Of a DNA stretch of 64,000 bases, positions 49,701 to 57,113 are shown in pieces. Within the stretch, counting starts at the first letter, position 1. Every line of letters starts with the position of its first letter. The position numbers were made by a program, and so were the translations under genes. The notes beneath the pieces were generated by a model. That model saw only the letters and a list, made by a program, of their open reading frames with translations. It did not search any database and had not been told where the DNA came from. Source of the stretch: Gammaproteobacteria bacterium (GTDB lineage: Bacteria > Pseudomonadota > Gammaproteobacteria > CBDBNL01 > JAAOII01); assembly GCA_965209035.1 (NCBI GenBank), contig OZ242372.1:160001-224000 (forward strand), given 5' to 3'.

Positions 49701-51211
49701 TCGGACGCATAAGAATAACTAATCCGGCTGTTCTTACCATCGCCAACCAGACCGCCAATATGATCCCCACCCGAAATAGTACTACCGGATGCATGCGAAT
49801 GGCTAATATTGGTATTCAGACCATCGCCAACCAAACCACCGACATGAGAATTCCCGGAGACAGCGACATTCTCCGCAACGATCCGAACCAACATAGCAAA
49901 CGACACATCACCGCCAAGAGCTCCAACCGCAGTGGCTCTCGGGCCACCATTCACTGTCCCCGATACCGTAATATTTTCAAAAATCGCATTGCGGCCATAA
50001 CCGACCAGAAGCCCCAGATCACTGCGACCACCACTGACTCTCGCGGACAACAGATCCAGATTACGCACTGTGCCGGTCATCGCAGCAAACAAACCAACAC
50101 CGTTGATCCGATCATCCGCCAAAATGAACAAATCGGAAATGCTGTGATGATTGCCTTCAAAGGTCCCATTCCAGGCTTGGCAATCCCCCCTAGCACCGCA
50201 AGAACCAATCGACTGCCAACCGCTGCCATCGGTCCAAGCATCCCTATTCGCACTGCCATTGGCATAAGAATGGACATCGCTAAAATTGAGCGAACGCATT
50301 AACTCATAGCCGATGCAACCTCTGTCCGGACAGCCATCGGCACCGGGTGCGCTAATCTGATGAATATTGCCGTCGTCTGTGCCGTCGCCATTTAAATCAT
50401 CGCGCAGCCATGCCAACTCGTCCGGCGTCCGGATTTCTATCAAACCATCACCGTCATCATCCACATCCGCTGCATCGTCAAAACTGTCGTTGTCGTCGTT
50501 ATCATCCTCTGTCAGCTCCGTATCACAACCCGGCACCAGACTATCCGGCTCTTTATCCCCATCGCTGTCTGTGCTCGCACAAGCATCCGTCCCAAACGCA
50601 TCCTCCGCATCCGGCACACCGTCATTGTCATCGTCCGCATCCAGACTATCCGGCTCCGCATCACCGTCCGCATTCGGACCCGCAGTACTCCTTAAACTCT
50701 CGGACGCCGACGCACTGCCGTCCGCATAGAGGATCATCAAACGCACGGTATAGCCGCCATCGTTTGCCAAGCCCGTAATTTGGTAGTGCATTGCCGCCAA
50801 AGGAGACACAATGACACCCGCTTCACCCGCCATGAGTATCACCGTTCCGGTATCGGCCAAATCTGCCACATCTGCCACATTGTCCCAAGCAATATGGAAC
50901 CCGGTAATGTCCGTGCGATTCGGATTGATCCAACTCAGTTCTAAGACCGTATCGGCCGGCACACTCTTGAAATTGGAAGCAGCCGGGGCCGAAGCGGTAT
51001 GCACTTGTTCATTTACATTAAAGCCATCAGGACCATTCCATCCTTTAGAGCTGTTGCCGTTGCCGCCGCCACATGCGGCTAAAAACAAAGCCAAGAAGCC
51101 GCTCATCCATAAAACGGGGAAAAAAGATTTCAAGTAAAAACTCCGGCAAGGAGTAAGATATTTGCCGGCGAACATGCGGGCAATTTTATAATTATTAATT
51201 TTAGATTTCAT
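43736..51211 (-). CDS. Giant surface lipoprotein B (2491 aa): FN3-like domain, three [TSP3-like + GLUG] modules, Gly-rich tail
   Basis: GAGGTG RBS; lipobox FLAA-C; N-terminus homologous to 8177..10345; three FWCxP..W[D/N][L/P]G..YPxLxC module ends; GNGGNGG tail. Confidence 0.87.
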   Translation of the reverse strand: MKSKINNYKIARMFAGKYLTPCRSFYLKSFFPVLWMSGFLALFLAACGGGNGNSSKGWNGPDGFNVNEQVHTASAPAASNFKSVPADTVLELSWINPNRTDITGFHIAWDNVADVADLADTGTVILMAGEAGVIVSPLAAMHYQITGLANDGGYTVRLMILYADGSASASESLRSTAGPNADGDAEPDSLDADDDNDGVPDAEDAFGTDACASTDSDGDKEPDSLVPGCDTELTEDDNDDNDSFDDAADVDDDGDGLIEIRTPDELAWLRDDLNGDGTDDGNIHQISAPGADGCPDRGCIGYELMRSLNFSDVHSYANGSANRDAWTDGSGWQSIGSCGARGDCQAWNGTFEGNHHSISDLFILADDRINGVGLFAAMTGTVRNLDLLSARVSGGRSDLGLLVGYGRNAIFENITVSGTVNGGPRATAVGALGGDVSFAMLVRIVAENVAVSGNSHVGGLVGDGLNTNISHSHASGSTISGGDHIGGLVGDGKNSRISYSYASDVTASGRSHIVGGLVGDGKNSRISYSYASDVTASGRSHIVGGLVGEGTNARIRHAYVFGGVAMGGRGGRVGGLVGHTMGAEIEYTYVGGGVVSGVFLTGGLLGYSNNATVVIASYWDKESTGQEHSAEGLGLGRTTHELQSPTNFSGNIHDVYSGWADFWCKPGSADVRQNRTQPAEGFMRVWDLGRSNEYPRLTCTIADDNDGVDYFAADGITRLDDCPLGVTGWRSDATTDNDGDGCRDRDEDLDDDNDGVDDFEADGTTPKDNCQTVANRDQANNDEDKFGDACDDDDDNDNVADFADACPRGVTGWHSDSTTDHDGDGCRDSDEDPDDDNDGVEDLADVDGNNNGLIEVRTLDALALLRDDLNGDGIDDGNIDDITASGNSGCPAGGCIGYELMRSLNFSDANSYEPGSANLRIWTSGNGWQPIGSWTGVFEGNAHTISNLFISAEDGIGDVGLFAALRGTVRNLRLLSAYVTGGANNVGLLAGDATSATLVRIVVENSEVVGKLNVGGLVGSAQNAVIKYSYASGGTVSGRGYVGGLVGYSPLAQINFSYVSVGSVSGKGTGVVGGLVGEGSFSVISHAYAFGGAISANRIVGGLVGNNQGSRISYSYASGGPVFISGDSDDISVGGLLGFGNDDTVVTDSYWNRETTGQANSFRAPGSGRTTQELQSPTDFSDNIYSNWANFWCRPGSGEVIESSAQPAAGFVRAWDLGGSGDYPQLTCMTEDDNDGVDYFDTDGTTRLDACPRGVTGWHSNSTTDRDGDGCRDRDEDLDDDNDGVADFADACPRGVTDWRSGPTTDRDGDGCRDRDEDLDDDNDGVADFADACPRGVTDWHSGPATDHDGDGCRDSDEDTDDDNDGVADFEAGGTTRLDACPRGVTDWHSGPTTDRDGDGCRDRDEDLDDDNDGVADLSDNCLIGELGWRSGPTTDNDGDGCRDDSDEDMDDDNDGVEDAADADDDNNGLIEIHTLDALALLRDDLNGDGLDDGNMGDITVVSNRGCPVGGCIGYELMRSLNFSDAASYEPDSGNRSIWTSDSGWGPIGSCSANDICNAWTGVFEGNDHTISNLLIAVDDSVYGVGLFSALSGEVRNLRLLSANVSGGAYDVGLLAGNGHHARFENILVSGTVRSRVADSVGALGGDVNSAALVWTVAKDSAVSGEGSIGGLVGSGLNAAIDYSYVVGGEVSGNLIVGGLVGYGLGAAISHSYALDSDVLGINYVGGLVGDGREATLRYSYVAGSNVFGNNEVGGLVGTGRNSEVYHSYVEGSAVAGNFRVGGLLGYGTYFEIDNSHMVGGNVTGNVRVGGLVGSGWRSEIDRSYVAGGNVSGDNDVGGLIGYGGSATIKDAYTVGGNVAGNSRVGGLVGYGGGAIMKRSYAATGTVSGDASVGGLLGGGNDDTVVTDSYWNWETTGQASSYGNKGSGWTTLELRSPTDFSDNIYSNWADFWCNPSTNESRESSAQPAAGFVRLWNPGNRDQYPALHCAPGGLEPQRNIEVPHPPLPSPVFSNWDGRDSLVDTNQVFEISVDLVCDLLCEGVSVTLYQSADSRIDPAIDRLLATHNLRSSPLATTREISESVTHNIADAYYAFCIDYACTAPKRVTDNCPAVRNPRQEDADDDGDGDLCDSDSIHIRNSRDLRSVANDMSGIYILNADLRYTGSAFSSIARFQGKFYGNGKKISGLSVPLFNTIGGSAIVADLGIVGGKGLAKLNEGRIENSYTKQGAGVYANAASNPCSTGVGTYGGLVAVNRGTISDSYSASDVMPGSYYGSSAGGLVGCNDSGGTIERSYATGRVRGVVGRPGTPGRNGANGAGRKHGNRHGRSGSSGTAGTDGTNGGDAGGLVAINAGRIMAESKATGTVTSGNGGNGGDGGNGGNGYSGRSANCSRNAGNGGNGGNGGSGGSGGNAGSADGLVAVHGIGSRRGSITDSAAYGIVARGVGGYGGDGGTGGGGGRKGEGACGHNDGRTGSTGSAGSDGRSGNPSPPPR
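46860..47520 (-). repeat. ~120-bp coding tandem repeats (TSP3-like DNDGVADFADACPRGVTDWxSGPTTDRDGDGCRDRDEDLDD)
   Basis: About five units visible at both nucleotide and protein level. Confidence 0.9.
49569..49753 (-). repeat. Perfect 87-bp tandem duplication of one GLUG repeat
   Basis: DGKNSRISYSYASDVTASGRSHIVGGLVG occurs twice; unit starts at 49569 and 49656. Confidence 0.92.
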
Positions 51212-51587
51212 ATCATCACCTCTTTAAAAAATAATAGTTTATATCTATATATTATATATCTTTTTTATAAAAATGCCTCAATCCCGCCTATTTTAAAAAT
51301 TTATTGATTGTGACCCAAACCGGCACAGAACAGTGATTGCAGAACATCATAGAGGCATTTAAAAGAGGCACTTAAATAAAATTAATCCAAGGTGACAAGA
51401 GAATTCATTTGGTGTCAAAGACCCGGATGCGTTAGTCCGAGAGATGCCACGGATAGCGCACGGATAGCGACCAAACGATTCGCCGGATAAAAAGATTGCG
51501 AAGAAGAAATCCGCCGAGAAATGAAAATCGGTATAATAAAAAGACGCACAAAATGGAACCAAATACTTCAAAAATACTTCAAAATCT

Positions 51588-52337
51588 ATGCAACTGACAG
51601 AGTTTTATCAATTTCGTCCGGCAACCGAAGCGGCCGCACTAAAAGAGAATATACTGGAAATCGCCGAATTAAAATCATTAAAGGGCAGCATTCTTTTGGC
51701 CGACGAAGGGATTAATGCGGCCCTGTCAGGCCCCTCGCTCTTGTGCGAAAAAATATTCGGGCAAGTCTGTCATCTGGGCGGGTTTGATCGCCCGGTCGTC
51801 AATCGGACCCCGATTACAAAGCATCCGTTTAAGAGATTAAAAATTAAAATCAAGAAAGAAATCGTTACATTGCGTTCCCAAGCATCCGAAGTTGTGGCAA
51901 AGCAACCCGCCAAACAGGTTAAAAGATTAAGCCCGGCAGAATGGAATTGTCTCATAAAAAAAGAAAAGCCGATTTTGTTGGATGTCCGCAATGATTTTGA
52001 ATTTTCTATGGGCAGTTTTGTCGACTCGGTGAATCCGCGCACCGAGGCATTCGGTGAAATACTTGGATTCATCAAAAAACAATTACCGGCATTACAGTCC
52101 GGAAAACACAATTCGGATAAACTGGCGATCTTCTGCACCGGCGGCATCCGATGTGAAAAAGTAATTCCGTATCTGCAAGACAACAGCGAAACAGAACTTT
52201 ATCTTTTGGAAGGAGGTATTGTCAGATACTTAAAGGAGGTGACAGCGGACGAGAGTCTTTGGGAAGGCGAATGTTTTGTGTTTGACGATCGGATATCCGT
52301 TCGCCGACAAAAACAATCATCGGGAAAGCAATTTTGA
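51588..52337 (+). CDS. trhO: Rhodanese-domain tRNA U34 hydroxylase (TrhO/YceA family)
   Basis: KGSILLADEGINAAL, PFKRLKIKIKKEIVT, LDVRNDFE, FCTGGIRCEK and CFVFDDR motifs. Confidence 0.88.
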   Translation: MQLTEFYQFRPATEAAALKENILEIAELKSLKGSILLADEGINAALSGPSLLCEKIFGQVCHLGGFDRPVVNRTPITKHPFKRLKIKIKKEIVTLRSQASEVVAKQPAKQVKRLSPAEWNCLIKKEKPILLDVRNDFEFSMGSFVDSVNPRTEAFGEILGFIKKQLPALQSGKHNSDKLAIFCTGGIRCEKVIPYLQDNSETELYLLEGGIVRYLKEVTADESLWEGECFVFDDRISVRRQKQSSGKQF

Positions 52338-53134
52338 TGCGAGCAGGCACAAAACCGGCGGTAGCCGCAGTATCCCCAATATCTGCAATGTCCGCAATGT
52401 CCGATGACGCCCCTATTCCGTTGGGTTCCCTTCCCGCTCAGCCGGTATCCGTGCTTTCGGACAAAAAATATTTGGGGGCGGGACACAGAAGTTATGCCTT
52501 GCGTGGCGGGCGACTCACCCAAGGTAAAAAGCGTATCTTGAAAAAAGACAACTCCGACTACATTCTTGAGGCAACACAAAAAATAAACTGGGAGCAAGTG
52601 TTTCGCGGTTCAACCGCCGCCAACCGACGGATTGTAGAAATTGGTTTTGGCAACGGGGCGGATCTCATCAAAGATGCAATTGCACAGTCAAACTACCGAT
52701 TTGTCGGCATAGAAACCTACCCCCCCGGTATAGCGGATCTTTTGTTATCCATCGAACGGTATTCTGTCTCAAACATCCGCCAGGTGCGGGCGGATGCGGC
52801 AAGTTTATTCCCGGGCTTTTTTAACGAGCATTCTCTGGATGCAGTTCGCGTGTTCTTCCCGGATCCCTGGCCCAAGAGACGACATCACAAAAGGCGGCTT
52901 CTAAAAAAAGAATTCTTAACGCGCCTGATCTTATGCCTGAGACCTTCCGGTAAGCTGCACATTCTGACGGACTGGCACGATTATGCGAAAGAGATTGACA
53001 GGGGATTTAAAGAAATCCAAGGCACTCTCCGCAAGCGATGCCTTGACCACGGAGAAGAAATTGTTGGCAAGTACGGGCAAAAGGCTCGGCGCGCAGGCAG
53101 AGAGATTAACGAGTTTTTATTTATCAAACATTAA
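52334..53134 (+). CDS. trmB: tRNA (guanine-N7)-methyltransferase
   Basis: EIGFGNG, FFPDPWPKRRHHKRRL and TDWHDYA motifs. Confidence 0.94.
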   Translation: MMRAGTKPAVAAVSPISAMSAMSDDAPIPLGSLPAQPVSVLSDKKYLGAGHRSYALRGGRLTQGKKRILKKDNSDYILEATQKINWEQVFRGSTAANRRIVEIGFGNGADLIKDAIAQSNYRFVGIETYPPGIADLLLSIERYSVSNIRQVRADAASLFPGFFNEHSLDAVRVFFPDPWPKRRHHKRRLLKKEFLTRLILCLRPSGKLHILTDWHDYAKEIDRGFKEIQGTLRKRCLDHGEEIVGKYGQKARRAGREINEFLFIKH

Positions 53135-53207
53135 AAGCAAAAAAACGAAAAATGACCCTTATTCAAAACACTGTCCCCGTTTTAATCACAATATAATAAA
53201 AAACGAT

Positions 53208-54170
53208 ATGCATATGATAGAAACTGTCCGAGAGGGGATTTACTGTGCGGACGCCTTTTACGGCGGGGCAAGGCGCGGTGCCGTGTACATCATTTTTGAC
53301 AAAGGAGAGGCTGCAATTATTGATACGGGGACAGCCCTTTCCGTGCCTTACATTACGGATGCTTTGCAAAAACTAAGCATACAACCGGAACAGGTGCGTT
53401 ATATTCTGCCAACACATGTGCATTTGGACCATGCGGGCGGTGCCGCTCTTTTAAGCCGCAAGTTACCCAACGCACAGGTTATCGTGCATCCGCGCGGATT
53501 AAAGCATTTAATTGAGCCGACAAAATTAATTGAAGGCAGTGCGGCGGTTTATGGACAGGAAGTCATGGAGACCGTCATCGGCAAGGTAGAGCCTTTGGAT
53601 GCGAACAGAGGGGCGGAGGCGACGGACGGGATGCGCCTTTCTTTGGGGGGGCGTAACCTGCATCTGATCTTCTCACCCGGACACGCCAAACATCATTATT
53701 CGGTTTGGGACGAAACGGAAGGATGCTATTTTGCGGGAGATGTTGCCGGCAACAGTTATCGCGAAATGGACAAAGACGGCCGGCACTTGATGTTTCTTTG
53801 CTCCGCCCCCGTTCAATATGATCCGGCGGAATGGCATGCCAGTTTGGACAAGATTCTTGAATTAAATACGAAGTGCTTGTGTCTTTGTCACTATGGTGTT
53901 ATAGAAGGCACGGGGATCCGGCAGGCGATCGCGGATATGCAAAGATTAATTGCGGAGAATAACGCGGCTGTGATGGAGCATTCAACAATTAACCGACAAC
54001 AGACCGAAGATATCGTATGGAAGATGTTTTGGCAAGAATACAATCGCATTGCACCCGCTATGCCTGTCGCCGAGGCAAAAGAATGGATGATTAAAGATGT
54101 CTATATTGCAACAGGCGGCTTGTTCCACTGGCATCGGCAGCAACATCCAACATCCCGCCCCAATCACTAG
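53208..54170 (+). CDS. Metallo-beta-lactamase fold hydrolase
   Basis: IIDTG, THVHLDHAGG, PGHAKHH and FAGD motifs. The start was moved to avoid overlap with trmB. Confidence 0.85.
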   Translation: MHMIETVREGIYCADAFYGGARRGAVYIIFDKGEAAIIDTGTALSVPYITDALQKLSIQPEQVRYILPTHVHLDHAGGAALLSRKLPNAQVIVHPRGLKHLIEPTKLIEGSAAVYGQEVMETVIGKVEPLDANRGAEATDGMRLSLGGRNLHLIFSPGHAKHHYSVWDETEGCYFAGDVAGNSYREMDKDGRHLMFLCSAPVQYDPAEWHASLDKILELNTKCLCLCHYGVIEGTGIRQAIADMQRLIAENNAAVMEHSTINRQQTEDIVWKMFWQEYNRIAPAMPVAEAKEWMIKDVYIATGGLFHWHRQQHPTSRPNH

Positions 54171-54715
54171 TCCGCAAAATTTGCTAACATCCGCAGGACT
54201 CTCAGTTCCTCCGCGGAAAGATCGCCCAACAAAAACGGCAAACACAAAGCGGGCGGTTTCTGCTTAAACAAACGGAATAATGACATTCCACCTTTTACGG
54301 ATGAGATTCCGGGCTCCTTCTCTCTAAGTATGAGTAAAAGTGCGATGTCCAAAAAATTGAAGTGCGTAACAAGTTCCATATCTCGCCAAGGCGCATCAAG
54401 CCCATCAGGCGCATTGGCTCGTCTCAAACGCCAACCGCGCCGCCTTTTATTCCTTCCTCTTTGTTCCGAATCATCGTAAACCAATTTCAGCGGCAAGAGC
54501 GAACCGCGTTCACTGTATACCCTGTCGTTCAAATAGCCGATCACCAAAATCGCAACCCCAAATATTGCTTTTAGTGTCCATGGTATTCCCGCAATAAGAA
54601 CCGGCAAAAAACCGGTGAGGTAAACCAAGGCAAAAACAACCCTTTGGTATGGCATTTTTTTTATGTCAAAAATAAAAAGATGGCCGCCGAGTTCGGACTT
54701 AATTTTGACTTGCAA
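54167..54715 (-). CDS. YgfX/CptA-like inner-membrane protein
   Basis: Two N-terminal TM segments, C-terminal DLSAEELRVLR, and position directly downstream of sdhE. Confidence 0.6.
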   Translation of the reverse strand: MQVKIKSELGGHLFIFDIKKMPYQRVVFALVYLTGFLPVLIAGIPWTLKAIFGVAILVIGYLNDRVYSERGSLLPLKLVYDDSEQRGRNKRRRGWRLRRANAPDGLDAPWRDMELVTHFNFLDIALLLILREKEPGISSVKGGMSLFRLFKQKPPALCLPFLLGDLSAEELRVLRMLANFAD

Positions 54716-54754
54716 CGGCGCCTGTTCGAAAATAAGAAAAATAACTCTGAGATC

Positions 54755-55024
54755 TTAATCGGAACCGGCAGCAAGATGATTTCGAGAGGACTGCACGATG
54801 TCATCCGTGATTTCAACAAACGGCGACGGCGGCTTTTTGCCGCGGACCAGCCAATCTGTTAAGCGATTATCGTCCTCTTGTAACAGCAGACGATAATCTC
54901 TGCGAAGACCCGGCGAACGGTCGGAATAGTGATTTTTTAAGTAGTTACTCAACAAAATATCCAACTCCAAAGAACCGCGTCTGGCTTGCCAAGTCAGTCT
55001 GCGAATTTCAGCAGACAAGTTCAA
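54755..55024 (-). CDS. sdhE: Succinate dehydrogenase FAD assembly factor
   Basis: RLTWQARRGSLELDILL..LLQEDDNRLTDWL (RGxxE motif). Confidence 0.9.
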   Translation of the reverse strand: MNLSAEIRRLTWQARRGSLELDILLSNYLKNHYSDRSPGLRRDYRLLLQEDDNRLTDWLVRGKKPPSPFVEITDDIVQSSRNHLAAGSD

Positions 55025-55055
55025 AATGTAAAACGCTGATTAGAGGATTAGATGC

Positions 55056-56432
55056 TTACTTGTGCCCGATTTTAAGTGCCAGTTCCGCCGCCAAACCCGT
55101 ATAGTCGGTGGGCTTGAGATCCAGAAGAATTTCTTGATCTTTTGTATCCAGCCCGCTTCCCTTCACCAAACGAACATAATCCGACCGGGACATTTTTTGA
55201 CCGCGCGTCAAGTTCTTAATGCGCGTATAAGCGTTTGGTATGCCGGTGCGGCGCATCAAAGTTTGAACCGCCTCGGTGAGCAGTTCCCAGGAATCCTCCA
55301 ATTCGGCGGCAAGGGCTTCTTTTTGCACCGTCAATCTGCCAAGACCGCGCAAGATCGCTTTGTAACCAATTAAACTATGCGCGAACACAACACCCAGATT
55401 GCGTAAGACCGTAGAATCACTCAAATCTCGCTGCCAACGCGATATCTGCAGTTTGGAGGCACAGTGTCCCGCCAAAGAATTTGCAATGCCGAAGTTCCCT
55501 TCGGCATTTTCAAAATCTATGGGATTCACTTTATGCGGCATAGTGGAAGAACCCACCTCGCCGGCCCGGATCTGCTGCTTAAAATAGCCGAGTGCGGCAT
55601 AACCCCAAACATCGCGGCAAAGGTCCGTAAGGATGTTATTAATGCGAAGTAACTCGTGCAACAATTCGGCAAGCCTATCGTATCCTTCTATCTGTGTCGT
55701 GCAAGCATTGTATTCGCAACCCAAGTCCGTAATAAACGCGCGCATCTCGCTAGGCCAATCAACCGAAGGGTAAGCGATATGCAGTGCGTTGTGGTTACCG
55801 GTTGCTCCGTTAAACTTGGCACTGATTTTGAATCTGTCAAAAGATGCCGTTTGTCTTTCCAATCGGTGTGCAAAAACTGCCATCTCCTTGCCGTATGTTG
55901 TCGGCGAAGCAGCCATGCCGTGCGTTCTTGCCACCATCGCGGTCTCGGCATGCTCAATTGCCGCCCGCTTCAAAACGGACAGAATGTCCAACAAACACTC
56001 GGACAGGATCTTGATTCCCCGCATGGTCATCATCCCCAATGCGGGGTTTGTGATATCTTCGGAGGTGCAACCAAAATGAACATAGTGTTCGTAATCACCG
56101 AGACCCAACACACGCATCTTTTTGATCAGCCATTGCTCCAATGCCTTGACATCGTGTTGCGTTCGACTTTCCAACCGCTTAACCGCTTCGGCGTCCTTGG
56201 GAGTGAACCTTGCCACTGTTTCGCGTAACAGGGCCTGTGTTTCGGTATTAAATGCCTTGACCGGAACCGCTCGGTTGTTCACCAAACGGATCAACCATTC
56301 CACCTCCACATGCAATCGGTAACGAATTAAGCCAAACTCGCCGAACAGAGGGGCGAGAATGTCTGTCATTTTCGCATATCTCCCGTCTATCGGAGATATT
56401 GCGAGCAAAGGTATCTTGATGCGAGAACTCAC
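55056..56432 (-). CDS. purB: Adenylosuccinate lyase
   Basis: AISPIDGRY, HFGCTSEDI, ARTHG, GSSTMPHKVNPIDFENAEGN and SRWQRDLSDS. The GTG start overlaps the hflD TGA. Confidence 0.96.
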   Translation of the reverse strand: MSSRIKIPLLAISPIDGRYAKMTDILAPLFGEFGLIRYRLHVEVEWLIRLVNNRAVPVKAFNTETQALLRETVARFTPKDAEAVKRLESRTQHDVKALEQWLIKKMRVLGLGDYEHYVHFGCTSEDITNPALGMMTMRGIKILSECLLDILSVLKRAAIEHAETAMVARTHGMAASPTTYGKEMAVFAHRLERQTASFDRFKISAKFNGATGNHNALHIAYPSVDWPSEMRAFITDLGCEYNACTTQIEGYDRLAELLHELLRINNILTDLCRDVWGYAALGYFKQQIRAGEVGSSTMPHKVNPIDFENAEGNFGIANSLAGHCASKLQISRWQRDLSDSTVLRNLGVVFAHSLIGYKAILRGLGRLTVQKEALAAELEDSWELLTEAVQTLMRRTGIPNAYTRIKNLTRGQKMSRSDYVRLVKGSGLDTKDQEILLDLKPTDYTGLAAELALKIGHK

Positions 56433-57070
56433 AGCTCCGTGTTTTTGATATCGGCCAACTGCCGCAAAAGTTTGCCGCTGCCAATAAAAGTATGGGGCCA
56501 TCTTCCGCCCAGATGCCTCCAAAAAACGGCGGCACGAATCCCGGCAAACAGGGCGGCGCGTATACGCGCCACATTATCCGTAGGCGTCAAAAACTCTTTC
56601 TTACCGTTCACACGAATTCTGTTCTTCGCCGGCAGAGAACTGAAGTTTTGACAGTAAATCCGGGCAATGCGACGAACCAGTTCAATAGAAATCTTGTTAA
56701 CCTTCCCGTGTTTTTCGCTCAGTTCATCGATAGCCAGTGCCACAGTGCCTACCTTCCCCGCATCCTGCATCATAATATCCGCCAAAAGAATTAATTGACG
56801 GGTATAGCTAAGGATATGAATAAAATCAGCGGTTTTGGTATTGCGAGAAGTCAGAAAGTTTTCCAAACATTCCAGACCGGGTTTTAGGTTTGCCGTCTTT
56901 CCGTAAAGACCGGTGATCCCCTCATCCGTTCCGCTTAAAAGAGAGCCAATGGAAGCATCAAAGTAACTTTTTTGCGTTTTTCCTCGAGTTGCAATGTCTG
57001 AGACAAGAGATGCCCCTTGGAAAATACCGGCAAGTGCCAATGCTTTGTCGCGCATTTGTTTGTCCGGCAT
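56429..57070 (-). CDS. hflD: High frequency lysogenization protein HflD (DUF489)
   Basis: ALALAGIFQ, RIRVNG and RIRAALFAGIRAAVFWRHLGG; upstream of purB. Confidence 0.9.
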   Translation of the reverse strand: MPDKQMRDKALALAGIFQGASLVSDIATRGKTQKSYFDASIGSLLSGTDEGITGLYGKTANLKPGLECLENFLTSRNTKTADFIHILSYTRQLILLADIMMQDAGKVGTVALAIDELSEKHGKVNKISIELVRRIARIYCQNFSSLPAKNRIRVNGKKEFLTPTDNVARIRAALFAGIRAAVFWRHLGGRWPHTFIGSGKLLRQLADIKNTEL

Positions 57071-57113
57071 TAAAAAAACAAAAGCAAAAACGAATCGCCC
57101 CGCCTCTTCGCTC

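Noticed and set aside
48770-50302. 510-aa plus-strand ORF and similar antisense ORFs (7949..8761, 21841..22551, 28247..29143, 29231..30022)
   Set aside because: Shadow frames opposite repetitive coding genes, with no recognisable motifs.
21484-51211. Classical autotransporter, two-partner or RTX/T1SS assignment of the giant proteins
   Set aside because: No C-terminal barrel, TPS NPNG motif, GGxGxD nonapeptide arrays or T1SS/TpsB genes were recognised; the proteins carry lipoboxes instead.
51300-51560. Possible ncRNA or riboswitch between gene B and trhO
   Set aside because: Only a short cacggatagcg duplication and weak hairpins were seen, with no recognisable family consensus; an Rfam search would be needed.
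52983-53207. Long N-terminal extension of the MBL hydrolase (likewise purB 56433-56522 and hflD 57071-57235)
   Set aside because: These overlap upstream genes; family homology starts downstream.
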